From the NCBI GenBank assembly GCA_025928335.1, contig JAICJQ010000004.1:6228-70227 (forward strand): a DNA stretch of 64,000 bases, written 5' to 3'. The stretch is from Gemmatimonadaceae bacterium (lineage in GTDB: Bacteria > Gemmatimonadota > Gemmatimonadetes > Gemmatimonadales > Gemmatimonadaceae). Below the pieces are notes generated by a model, which saw only the letters and a list, made by a program, of their open reading frames with translations, searched no databases and was not told where the DNA came from. Positions 35,685-45,330 of this stretch are shown in pieces (within the stretch, counting starts at the first letter, position 1; each line of letters opens with the position of its first letter). A program made the position numbers and the translations under genes.

Positions 35685-37913
35685 TCAGGGCGTCGGCGGG
35701 CGCGGCGTCTGGTTTTTGATCTCGTAATCGGCGGGCGGCTCGGCGCCCATCAGATATTTCACGAAATAATCCCAGCGACGGCGCATCATGTAGTTCGACA
35801 TGTTGCCGTAGCCGTGGGGCTGATTCGGCAGCATGATGAGGTCGAAGTTCTTGTTGGCTTTGATCAGCGCGTCGACGACGAGCAGCGTGTTGTACGGGGG
35901 CACGTTGTTGTCCATGGTGCCGTGCGCGAGCAGAAGATGACCTTTGAGGTTCTTGGCCATGTTCTGATTCGCTTCGGGATCGTAGCTGTCGGTCCCATCC
36001 GCGTTCTTCGTGAGCAAACCCTGATAGCGCTCGCCCCAATCGTCCTCGTACTCGCGCTGGTCGTGGTTGCCCGATTCCGCGATGCCGACCTTAAAGAAGT
36101 CAGGATAGCGGAACATGGCATCGGCGGTGATGAAGCCGCCGCCGGAGTGGCCCCACATCGCGGCACGGTCGATGTCGATCCAGGGATACTGCTGCGCGAG
36201 CGCCTTCATTGCCGCGACCTGATCCGGGAGGGTGTTGTCGCGACCCATCGCGCCGTAGTAGGCGTCGTGGAATGCCTTCGAGCGGCCGGGCGTCCCGCGC
36301 CCGTCGATCGAGACGACGACGAACCCCAACTCAGCGAGAGCTTCCTTATCGCCGTGCGCGGCCGCGAACTGGCGAGACCCAACGCTCCCGGTCTGCGGAC
36401 CGGGGTAGGCGTTGTTGATGATCGGGTACTTCTTGGTCGGATCGAAGTTGGTCGGACGGAACAAGAGCCCGTAGAGATCGGTCGTTCCGTCGGCGGCTTT
36501 CACTTTGATGGGAATCGGCGGCTTCCAGCCGGTGGCGACGAGTTGGGAGATGTCGGCCTTCTCCAACGGCAAAAGGAGCTTGCCGTCCGCGTCGCGAAGT
36601 GCGATGACCGGCGCGGCGTCGGGCCTCGAGTAGGTGTCGACGAGATACTTGCCGTCGGGAGAAAGCTGGATGTTATGATCCCCGTCGTCCGGCGTGAGGG
36701 AAACCTGAATGCCGGCGTCGAGACCGATGCGGTAGTAGTGGGCGAAGTACGGGTCCTGTCCCTTCTCGCGGCCATTCGCGGCGTACCAAAGCGTACGAGT
36801 TTTCTCATCGAGGCGCGCGATCTGCGTGACCGGTCCGTCGCCGGTCGTCACTTTGCGCTTGAGCGCACCGGTGTTGAGATCATAGAGGTAAAGTTGGCCC
36901 CAGTTGTCGCGCTGGGAGTACCAAAGCACCTCGTTCGTCGGCCAGAGAACGCGCCACCCGGTGCGCGACTCGAATTGCGTCGGGGCTTTCTCTTCGAAAA
37001 CCGTACGGACGGCTCCGGTCTTCGCGTCGGCGACGCGAAGGATTGCGTCCTTGTGATCGCGCGACGTCGAGACGAGAGCGAGCTTGGATCCGTCGGGGCT
37101 CCAGTTGTAATCGGCCATCGAGATGTTGTCGCCGATCGTCGCCCTGTGAAATTCGGGCGGGAGCGGGAGGCGCGTGACCGTCCCGGCGTCGACGTCGATG
37201 ATCACGCGCTGGAGCATGGCGACGACGCTGTCGCCGGGAAGCGGATACTTCCATGCCTTCAGCGACGGATGGCCGACTTTCATCTCGACGAGGAACATGT
37301 CGCCGACCTTGCGCTCGTCCTGCTGCGAGGTGGCGATCTTCTTCGAATCGGGGGACCACAGCAGAATTGGACGATCGCTGCCGGCCCATCCGGCGTTGTC
37401 GGTGGCGTATCCGAAGTCCTTGGCGCCGTCGGTGGTCAGCTGCTTCTCTTGACCTGTCGCCATATCGCGGACCCAGAGATTCCAGTCGCGGATGAACGCG
37501 GCGCGCTTCCCGTCGGGCGAAATAGCGACCGGACCGGCTGCGTTGCCGCGCCCGCCACCGCCACCGCGGCCTCCCCGTCCGCCGCGCCCACCACCCGTCG
37601 ACGAATCGTTGAGCGGAACGCCGGGACAGTTGCTGCCGGTGGCGTCGCACACAGTGCGCGTCTTTCTGGCGGGATCGACAAGCACGAGCTCCGATCCTCC
37701 GTTGGTTCGCAGGCGATACCAGAGCCGATCGTCCGAGAGCCAGTTGGCAGTGATCGCATTGCGGGATACGAGCGGCGTTACGCTGGGACCGAGTAGGCGA
37801 ACGGCGCGGTCGTAGTCGGCGGGAGTCAGACGCTGAGTCGTCTGCGCCGCGGCAGGTGCGAGCGCCGACAGACTCGAAAGGGCCAGGACGAACAGGGAGG
37901 CGAGACGCTTCAT
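35685..37913 (-). CDS. S9B dipeptidyl peptidase IV-like serine peptidase, exported
   Basis: DPPIV N-terminal propeller; YPGPQ, IDGRGT, WGHSGGG, HGTMDNNV, HGY. Confidence 0.92.
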   Translation of the reverse strand: MKRLASLFVLALSSLSALAPAAAQTTQRLTPADYDRAVRLLGPSVTPLVSRNAITANWLSDDRLWYRLRTNGGSELVLVDPARKTRTVCDATGSNCPGVPLNDSSTGGGRGGRGGRGGGGGRGNAAGPVAISPDGKRAAFIRDWNLWVRDMATGQEKQLTTDGAKDFGYATDNAGWAGSDRPILLWSPDSKKIATSQQDERKVGDMFLVEMKVGHPSLKAWKYPLPGDSVVAMLQRVIIDVDAGTVTRLPLPPEFHRATIGDNISMADYNWSPDGSKLALVSTSRDHKDAILRVADAKTGAVRTVFEEKAPTQFESRTGWRVLWPTNEVLWYSQRDNWGQLYLYDLNTGALKRKVTTGDGPVTQIARLDEKTRTLWYAANGREKGQDPYFAHYYRIGLDAGIQVSLTPDDGDHNIQLSPDGKYLVDTYSRPDAAPVIALRDADGKLLLPLEKADISQLVATGWKPPIPIKVKAADGTTDLYGLLFRPTNFDPTKKYPIINNAYPGPQTGSVGSRQFAAAHGDKEALAELGFVVVSIDGRGTPGRSKAFHDAYYGAMGRDNTLPDQVAAMKALAQQYPWIDIDRAAMWGHSGGGFITADAMFRYPDFFKVGIAESGNHDQREYEDDWGERYQGLLTKNADGTDSYDPEANQNMAKNLKGHLLLAHGTMDNNVPPYNTLLVVDALIKANKNFDLIMLPNQPHGYGNMSNYMMRRRWDYFVKYLMGAEPPADYEIKNQTPRPPTP

Positions 37914-38146
37914 GTCGTTCTCACAAGAGGGAATCGCGTAGCAAACCGGGCTCCACCAAAATGGCCTCCGTTACAGGGCGACGGCAACCGAGCGGGCTCG
38001 AGAAAGGAAAGTGAAAACGAGTTGCAAGGAGGAAACGCGCGGCCCGTTCCGGCATATGACACTGTGTTGCTGGCGGCGGTCGATCCCCCCAATACTTCAA
38101 GCTTCGACCGTTCTTCGCCCGCCCATACCAACGAACAGTCATCACC

Positions 38147-40987
38147 ATGAAGAAACGCGTTTATTCCCTCGCGCTGCTGTTGGCGAGCGCGCCTGTGGGT
38201 GCTCAGACGCCCAAGCAACAGCCCGCGGCCGCGGCCTCGCTGACGGCGCCGCTGCCCACCGATCCAAAGGTCAAGGTCGGTACGCTGCCGGACGGCATCC
38301 GGTATTACATCCGCCAAAACAAGAAGCCGGAGAAGCGCGCCGAGCTGCGGCTTGTGGTCAACACGGGATCGGTGCTGGAAAACGACACCCAGCTCGGACT
38401 GGCGCATTTCATCGAGCACATGGCGTTCAACGGGACGACGCACTTCAAGAAGAACGATCTCGTGAAGTATCTCCAGTCGATCGGTGTCCGTTTTGGTGCG
38501 GACCTAAATGCCAGCACCGACTTTGACGAAACGATCTACATCCTCCCCATCCCGACGGACACCGCGCGGATCGTCGAGCAAGCGTTCACGATTCTCGAAG
38601 ACTGGGCGCACGGGCAGCTGTTCGATTCGACGGAAGTCACGAATGAGCGCGGCGTGGTGCGCGAGGAGTGGCGGCTCGGAAAGGGCGCCGGCGACCGCAT
38701 GCTGCATCAATGGCTGCCCATCGCGTTGCGTGGGTCAAAATACGCCGAGCGTCTGCCGATCGGAAATGAGCAGAGCATCATGACCGCGACCCCGGCGCGG
38801 CTTCGATCGTTCTACAACAGCTGGTACCGGCCCGATCTCGAGGCGGTGATCGCGGTCGGAGATTTCGACCCGGCGGTGATCGAAGCGCAGATCAAGAAGC
38901 ATTTCTCCGGGCTCAAGATGCCGGCGAACCCGCCCAAACGCGTGGCGCCAATCATTCCGCCGAACAAGGAGCCGCTGATCGCCGTGGCGTCCGACAAAGA
39001 GGCGACGGGGTCGGACGTCGAGCTGATGTTCAAGCTGCCGGTGGAGAAGACAAAGACGGTCGGCGACTATCGGCGTGATCTGATGGAGCGGCTGTACATG
39101 GCGATGCTGAACGAGCGTCTCGAGGAGATCTCACAAAAACCCGACGCGCCGTTCCTCGGCGCTGGAGCGTCGAAGGGAAGTTTCATTGGACGCACCACGG
39201 AAGCGTTCACCCTCGGCGCGAACGTGAAGGATGGCGGTATCGATCGCGGGCTCGAAGCGCTGCTCGATGAGGCCAAGCGTGTCGACCAATTCGGCTTCCT
39301 GCAGTCGGAGCTCGATCGCGCGAAGCAAAACCTGCTGCGCGGTTACGAGCGCGCGTACGCGGAGCGTGACAAGACGCAGTCCGCGGCGTTCGTGCAGGAG
39401 TACGTCAGCAATTACTTGACCGGCGAGCCCATCCCCGGCATCGACTACGAGTACAAGCTCGCCCAGCGGCTCGTGCCGGAGATCTCGCTGGCTGACGTGA
39501 ACAAGATGGCGAGCAACTGGATCACGGACGACAATCGCGTGATCATCGCGCAAAGCCCCGAGAAGGAAGGCGTCAAGATTCCGACGGCCGCCGAACTGCT
39601 CGCCGTGTTCGACCGGGCGAAGAAGACGACGGTTACGGCATACACCGAGAATCTTTCGGGCGGAGCGCTGTTGGAGGACGTGCCGACGTCGGGGAAGATC
39701 GTCAGCGAGAAGGCCATTCCGGGGATCGCGACGACGGAGTGGAGGCTGTCGAACGGCATTCGGGTCTACGTGAAGCCGACCGACTTCAAGGACGACGAAA
39801 TCGTCTTCAATGCGTCGAGCCCGGGCGGGACGTCGCTTGCCGCGGACTCGAACTTCATGTCGGCCGCGTTCGCGTCGCAGATCGTGGCGTTGAGCGGGAT
39901 CGGCAAGTTCAATGCGATCGACCTGGGCAAGAAGTTGACGGGGAAAGCGGTGCGGGTGAGCGCCGCTGTCGGCGAGACGAGCGAAGGACTGGGAGGACAG
40001 GCGTCGCCAAAAGATCTCGAGACGCTCTTCCAGCTGATCTATTTGGATTTCACCGCGCCCCGATTCGACTCCTCGGCGTACCAGGCGTTCAAGAACCAAG
40101 CGGCGCCCTATTTGGCGAACCGCGGCGTCGATCCCGATGAAGTGTTCAGCGACACCGTGCAAGTAACGATGGCGCAGCACCATTATCGGGCGCGGCCGTT
40201 GACGGCGACGACGTTCGCCGAGATCAATCCGGACAAGGCGCTAGCGTTTTATCGCAACCGGTTCGCCGACGCGAGCGATTTCGTGTTCGCATTCGTCGGG
40301 AACATCGACACGACGACGATGAAACCGCTCGTCGAGAAGTATCTCGCCTCGCTGCCGACGCTCAATCGCAAGGAGAGCTTCCGCGACAACGGGGTGCGGC
40401 CGCCGACGGGCGTCGTCGAGCGCGTCGTGCGGAAGGGCGTGGAGCCGAAGGCGAATACGCTCATCGAATTCACCGGCGACTGTCAGTACACACCGGAGAC
40501 GCGGTTCGCCATTCGTGCGATGATGGAGGTGGTACAGATCCGACTGGACGAGACGTTGCGCGAGCAGCTCGGTGGAGCGTACAGCCCGAGCTCCGGCGGT
40601 TCGTGCGGCCGGACGCCGCGGCAGGAATACTCGATCAACATCCAATTCAACTCGGCGCCGGACAACGTCGAGAAGCTGACGAAGAGTGTCTTCGCCATCA
40701 TCGATTCGCTCAAGACGACCGGTCCGAAAGCATCGGATGTCGCGAAGGTGAAAGAACAGCTCATCCGGCAACGTGAGGTCGAGGTCAAGCAGAACGGCTA
40801 CTGGGCGGCGAACCTCGTCGGGCGGGATCAAGCGGGTGAGGACGTCTCGGGCCTCCTCGCGGCGTACGACAAGATGGTGAGCGGGCTGACAGCGGCGCAG
40901 ATTCAGGAGGCGGTGAAGAAGTACTTCAATACCGCGAACTACGCGCGATTCGTCCTCCTCCCCCAATCGGGAAAGACCACTCCATGA
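38147..40987 (+). CDS. M16 family zinc protease (PqqL-like), exported
   Basis: GLAHFIEHMAFNGT (HxxEH), NASTDFDETIY, ERGVVREE, LSNGIRV, LREQLGGAY. Confidence 0.93.
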   Translation: MKKRVYSLALLLASAPVGAQTPKQQPAAAASLTAPLPTDPKVKVGTLPDGIRYYIRQNKKPEKRAELRLVVNTGSVLENDTQLGLAHFIEHMAFNGTTHFKKNDLVKYLQSIGVRFGADLNASTDFDETIYILPIPTDTARIVEQAFTILEDWAHGQLFDSTEVTNERGVVREEWRLGKGAGDRMLHQWLPIALRGSKYAERLPIGNEQSIMTATPARLRSFYNSWYRPDLEAVIAVGDFDPAVIEAQIKKHFSGLKMPANPPKRVAPIIPPNKEPLIAVASDKEATGSDVELMFKLPVEKTKTVGDYRRDLMERLYMAMLNERLEEISQKPDAPFLGAGASKGSFIGRTTEAFTLGANVKDGGIDRGLEALLDEAKRVDQFGFLQSELDRAKQNLLRGYERAYAERDKTQSAAFVQEYVSNYLTGEPIPGIDYEYKLAQRLVPEISLADVNKMASNWITDDNRVIIAQSPEKEGVKIPTAAELLAVFDRAKKTTVTAYTENLSGGALLEDVPTSGKIVSEKAIPGIATTEWRLSNGIRVYVKPTDFKDDEIVFNASSPGGTSLAADSNFMSAAFASQIVALSGIGKFNAIDLGKKLTGKAVRVSAAVGETSEGLGGQASPKDLETLFQLIYLDFTAPRFDSSAYQAFKNQAAPYLANRGVDPDEVFSDTVQVTMAQHHYRARPLTATTFAEINPDKALAFYRNRFADASDFVFAFVGNIDTTTMKPLVEKYLASLPTLNRKESFRDNGVRPPTGVVERVVRKGVEPKANTLIEFTGDCQYTPETRFAIRAMMEVVQIRLDETLREQLGGAYSPSSGGSCGRTPRQEYSINIQFNSAPDNVEKLTKSVFAIIDSLKTTGPKASDVAKVKEQLIRQREVEVKQNGYWAANLVGRDQAGEDVSGLLAAYDKMVSGLTAAQIQEAVKKYFNTANYARFVLLPQSGKTTP

Positions 40988-42435
40988 TCGCTGCCCGATC
41001 GTTGGCGTTCACTCTCGTCGCGGCCTCGTCTCTCGCGGCGCAGATCCCGGAAAGTGAGTTCGCGGCGCGCCGGGACTCGCTGGCGCGCCGCATCGACAGC
41101 GGTGTAGTGATCGCGTTCGGAGGTCGCACGCCGGTGACCGACTTCGGGACCTTCCATCAGCTGCCGGCCTTTCACTATCTGACCAATTTCGATGAGCCTG
41201 ACGCCGCGATGGTCATGGTGGTGCGCGGCGGGAAGGGCTCGACGACGCTGTTCATCACGCCCGCCGAGCCGCGATCGGCGTTCTACTATGGGTGGCGTCC
41301 GGACTCGACGGCGATCCGGCGCATTCACAATGTGAATGCGCGTTCGTTCTCGTCGCTCGCCGCGGTGGCGGATTCTTTGGCCGCTGCCGGACTACCCTTC
41401 CACACGCTCGACGATTTCGAGGACGCGGATTTCTCGCGCGCCGACTCGCTGACACGCGGCCGTGCCTTCGTGCGCGCCCTCGCATCGCGGCATTCTGGGC
41501 TGGCGGTGAAAGACGCGCAGCCGATCGTCGATCAACTCCGAGCCCGGAAGAGCACGGCTGAGCTGGCGTTGCTGCGCAAAGCCGCTGAGATCAGCTCCGA
41601 GGGGCATCGCGCGGTGTTGCTCGCTCCGGTCCCGTCGCACGAGTACGAACTTCAGGCGGTGCTCGAGTACAACTTCACGCGGCTTGGCGGCTCGCGTCCC
41701 GCGTATGGGTCGATCGTCGGGTCGGGCGTGAACGGGACGCAGCTGCACTACATGAAAGATCGCGGGATCACGAAGCCGGGGGACGTCGTCGTGATGGACG
41801 CGGCCACCGAGTACGAAGGCTACGCCGCCGACATCACGCGCACGATTCCGGTGAGCGGCACGTTCACGAAGGAACAGCGCGCGATCTATCAGCTCGTGCG
41901 TGACGCCCAAGGGGCGGCCGAGCGTAATTCGAAGCCCGGCATGCTCGCGTCAGCGGCTCAGGATTCGTCCGTCGTCGTTCGGACCAAGGGCCTGGCCGCG
42001 CTGGGACTGATCGAGAGTGAGACGGCGATGTTCGATCCGCCGTGGCAGGCGAACTGCGAGCGCACGCCGATGGTCTGCCGCCAGGCGAACTTCTGGATGA
42101 TTCATGGCATCAGCCACGGGCTCGGGCTCGCCGTGCACGATCCGGCGCAATTCTCGTTTGGCGATCGGACGTACAAGGTCGGCGATGCGTTCACGATCGA
42201 GCCGGGGATCTACATCAGCACGCGTATGCTCGACGCGCTGCCCGATACGCCGAAGAACCGCGCCTTCATCGCGAAGGTGAAGCCGATGGTCGTGAAGTAC
42301 GAGAACACCGGCGTTCGCATCGAGGACGATTACGTGATCACCGAGCGCGGGCTGGAGCGAATCAGCTCGGCGCCGCGGGAGATCGCGGAAATCGAAGCGC
42401 TGATGAAAAAACGCGCTCGGCCCCTCGTGCCATAG
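40984..42435 (+). CDS. Xaa-Pro aminopeptidase (M24B), exported
   Basis: FHYLTNFDEPDA, LHY, MDAATEYEGYAADITRT, HGISHGLGLAVHD, TIEPGIY, GVRIEDD. Confidence 0.92.
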   Translation: MIAARSLAFTLVAASSLAAQIPESEFAARRDSLARRIDSGVVIAFGGRTPVTDFGTFHQLPAFHYLTNFDEPDAAMVMVVRGGKGSTTLFITPAEPRSAFYYGWRPDSTAIRRIHNVNARSFSSLAAVADSLAAAGLPFHTLDDFEDADFSRADSLTRGRAFVRALASRHSGLAVKDAQPIVDQLRARKSTAELALLRKAAEISSEGHRAVLLAPVPSHEYELQAVLEYNFTRLGGSRPAYGSIVGSGVNGTQLHYMKDRGITKPGDVVVMDAATEYEGYAADITRTIPVSGTFTKEQRAIYQLVRDAQGAAERNSKPGMLASAAQDSSVVVRTKGLAALGLIESETAMFDPPWQANCERTPMVCRQANFWMIHGISHGLGLAVHDPAQFSFGDRTYKVGDAFTIEPGIYISTRMLDALPDTPKNRAFIAKVKPMVVKYENTGVRIEDDYVITERGLERISSAPREIAEIEALMKKRARPLVP

Positions 42436-42456
42436 GTTGCGCAGTCTTAACGCTCG

Positions 42457-42556
42457 TTAGTCTGCCGTCAGTTCCGTCGGCGGCGGTTTCTTCACTTCCT
42501 GGGCGCGGGCCGGCACTGCCAGGAAAGGTCAGGGCAGCGGCGGCGCCAAGCCGCAT
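42457..42556 (-). pseudogene. Truncated, frameshifted 5' remnant of an exported protein gene
   Basis: GAGGA RBS plus ATG; removing one base gives MRLGAAAALTFLAVPARA|QEVKKPPPTELTAD*, a clean Sec signal peptide followed by an immediate stop. Confidence 0.5.
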
Positions 42557-42628
42557 TGGGTTTCCTCGGATGGGCGGTTTCCCCGGCTACTCGGGCGGCT
42601 CGGCGCCTGCGCCGTTTACTCTTGTCGA

Positions 42629-43270
42629 CTAGAACAACAGCCCAAAAGTGACGGGCACCGTCTGGATCGAGCTGCGTGAGATCACACCGGTGTTCTCTGC
42701 TATAGACGTTCTGGATCTTCGCCTCGGCGAATGCCGAGAGGCGACCGAGCTTGATCTCCACGCCGCCCCCGCCGTCGACGCCGAAGTTCGTGTTCGAGAC
42801 GGAGGACGATGCGTTGGCCGCGTTAATCATATCCTTCACATTGAACGCGCCAAGTCCCGCCATGACGAATGGTCGCACCGGTCCGGGGAGCAGGTGCAAC
42901 GTGATACCCGCCCTCCCGCCGAGGATCTGGCTGTGGCCGATTTCGTCCTCACCGGTCGTCGGTCGTACCGTGCTGGTCTGCTTCAGACCGTAGCGATCGT
43001 AGCTGAACGCGAACCGGAGCCCGGAAGCCCGTTGAGAATGTGCACGAGCACGAAGCCTGTGCCGTTCACGCCGTCCTTGAGCGCGTCCTTGGCGTCGGAT
43101 ACCTGCACGCTGACACCGCCACCGAAGCCGACGCGAACCATGTGCTGCTCGTCCGCGCTGCCACCCATGGCGCGCTGCGCGAGCGCTGGGGTGACCGAGA
43201 GGACGGCGAGCGCCGTCGCGCCCGATAAGACGCGCAACGTGGTCGAGCGAAATACGAAATTCCTTCTCAC
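42629..43270 (-). pseudogene. Outer-membrane beta-barrel protein with two frameshifts
   Basis: GGAGGAG RBS, GTG start, signal peptide (...PALAQ). Shifts near 43020 and 42695 join ...LNGLP/LRFAFSYDRYG...VRPFVMAGLG...FGVDGGGGVEI...QNVYS/NTGVISRSSIQTVPVTFGLLF*, with a terminal Phe beta-signal. Confidence 0.75.
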
Positions 43271-43346
43271 GACTGCAACTCCTCCATGAAATAGTCGCGA
43301 CCAGCAGACAGACGTCGGCGCCCGGGACGCGGCGGGCACCGCGGAT

Positions 43347-43532
43347 CTAGGGCGCGCGCGGGATTTGGCGCACGGCGGCCGCTTTCTCACCGAGGCGGCG
43401 AAGCTCTTTGATTGGTTCGGGACTGTCGTCGACTTGGAGGAGCAGCACGGTGTCGTTGTGGAGCCAGACGCCACCGTTCTTCTCGACGATCACCATCGCC
43501 GCCGACTCTTGGCCGCGCTTGTCGCCGCCGGC
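43347..43532 (-). pseudogene. 3' fragment of a DUF1028 (Ntn-hydrolase-like) gene
   Basis: Reads AGGDKRGQESAAMVIVEKNGGVWLHNDTVLLLQVDDSPEPIKELRRL...*; AGGDxRGxxSAA and VDDxxEPIxELxRL are DUF1028 C-terminal hallmarks; N-terminal part missing. Confidence 0.7.
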
Positions 43533-45202
43533 TGATCTTTCGGCTGCCGGTAGTTGACGTCGAGCGCGTCGAGGCGTTGCAGGTGGCGCGGAAGACGGTT
43601 CGAGAAGTCTTTAAAGTCGCGGCGGTCGCGAGCCGTCCAGAGGACTTCGGCGAGCGCGGCGGCGCGCGGGTATGCCATGTACTCGACGCTCTTCGGTCCG
43701 TCGAGGTATTCAGTCCAGACTTGAGCCTGCGCGCCGAGGATGTGTGACGCGAACTCCGGCTCGAGGCCAGCGGGAACGGGCTCGTAAGAGTACACCGTAT
43801 CGATCGGCAGGAAGCCGCCGATGGCGAGCGGTTCGGAGTCCGGCTTCGCCTGATAGTGATCGAAATAGGTATGGCTGCCCGGCGTCATGATGACGTCATG
43901 GTTCGCACGCGCCGCGGCGATGCCGCCCGCCGTTCCGCGCCACGACATCACAACGGCGTTCGGCGCGAGGCCGCCGTCGAGGATTTCGTCCCAACCGACG
44001 AGGCGCCGGCCATGGGCGGTGAGAAAAGCATCCATCTGCTTGATGAACCAGCTCTGGAGCTCGTCCTCGGCGCGATACGGATGCCGAGTATCTGCTGGGT
44101 CATCAGGCGTGATGCCGAGATCGCGGATCCTCGCTTGAGCCCGCGCGCTGGCCTTCCACTGCGGTTTCGCGGCCTCGTCTCCGCCGACGTGGATATACGG
44201 GCCCGGGAAGAGCGCCATCACCTCGGTGAGCACGTCCTGCATGAAGCGGACGGTCGTGTCCGACGGATTGAGGATGTAGTTGCTGACACCCCACATCGTC
44301 CACGGTTTGATCGTGTCGCCGAGGTTCCCGAGCGCGGGATAGGCGGCGATCGCCGCCTGAGAGTGGCCCGGCATCTCGATCTCGGGCACAATCGTGACGA
44401 ATCGGTCGGCCGCGTAGGCGACGATCTCACGGACGTCGTCCTGCGTGTAAAAGCCGCCGTGACGTCCTTTGTCGAAAGGGGCGTTGGTCGTGTCGCGAAC
44501 CTGATGCCCGACGATGGTGCTGTCGCGCCAGGCGCCGACTTCCGTGAGCCGCGGATACTTCTTGATCTCGAGTCGCCAACCCTGGTCATCGGTCAGATGC
44601 CAGTGGAAGGTGTTCATTTTGTGCAACGCCAGGAGGTCGATGTACTTCTTGACGAACTCCTTGGGCATGAAATGGCGCGCGACGTCGAGGTGCATGCCAC
44701 GCCATTGAAAGCGCGGTCGATCGAAAATCGACACGGCAGGTGCGCGCCAATCGGTGCTGTCGTAGGCGGCGGCGCGGAAGATCTGGGGCGGGAAGAGCTG
44801 CCGGAGCGTCTGCGTAGCGTAGAAGGCGCCCGCTGCCGCCGAGGAGGTGATTGTGACGACGCGTGTGGCAACGTCGAGACGATAGCCCTCCTTGCCGAAG
44901 GCCGTGTCGCGTTTCGCGGCACGACGGAACACGATCCGACTCCCGGCCGATGACGAGCCGACCGAAACGCGCGGCTGAAACCCGAGCGCGGGTGCGATGC
45001 TGCGCGCGAAGCGCACCGCGACGGCCGAGTCTCCACGGTCGGTCCAAATCACCGTCCGTGGCGTGAGCGTGAACCATCCAACGCGGACGGCGAGCGACTC
45101 AGGTCGGGGAATCACCGAAATACCGCCGGCGCTCTGCGCTCGCGCGGCGCCGACGGTTAATGAAAGCGCGGCGATCAACTGACAAACGCGGAAAGGCGTC
45201 AT
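43490..45202 (-). CDS. Beta-N-acetylhexosaminidase (GH20), exported
   Basis: DRPRFQWRGMHLDVARHF, HWHLTDDQGWR, EIEMPGH, HVGGDE, GWDEI, YFDHY, WTEY. Confidence 0.94.
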   Translation of the reverse strand: MTPFRVCQLIAALSLTVGAARAQSAGGISVIPRPESLAVRVGWFTLTPRTVIWTDRGDSAVAVRFARSIAPALGFQPRVSVGSSSAGSRIVFRRAAKRDTAFGKEGYRLDVATRVVTITSSAAAGAFYATQTLRQLFPPQIFRAAAYDSTDWRAPAVSIFDRPRFQWRGMHLDVARHFMPKEFVKKYIDLLALHKMNTFHWHLTDDQGWRLEIKKYPRLTEVGAWRDSTIVGHQVRDTTNAPFDKGRHGGFYTQDDVREIVAYAADRFVTIVPEIEMPGHSQAAIAAYPALGNLGDTIKPWTMWGVSNYILNPSDTTVRFMQDVLTEVMALFPGPYIHVGGDEAAKPQWKASARAQARIRDLGITPDDPADTRHPYRAEDELQSWFIKQMDAFLTAHGRRLVGWDEILDGGLAPNAVVMSWRGTAGGIAAARANHDVIMTPGSHTYFDHYQAKPDSEPLAIGGFLPIDTVYSYEPVPAGLEPEFASHILGAQAQVWTEYLDGPKSVEYMAYPRAAALAEVLWTARDRRDFKDFSNRLPRHLQRLDALDVNYRQPKDQPAATSAAKSRRRW

Positions 45203-45330
45203 CGTTCGCGGGTGCACAGTGGCGACAACATAAATGCGCGCCGACGGCCGCGACACCTCTTCAACGGGCGGAGGATTTACAGGGCGCATGGCTTCACACC
45301 ATGTTACGTCTTCTCACAGCAATCCTCCGA

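Noticed and set aside
35814..37796. 660-aa ORF on the + strand
   Set aside because: Antisense shadow of the S9B peptidase; typical of GC-rich codon bias and has no recognisable motifs. The same applies to other long overlapping ORFs such as 46239-47843, 32653-33960 and 55073-56353.
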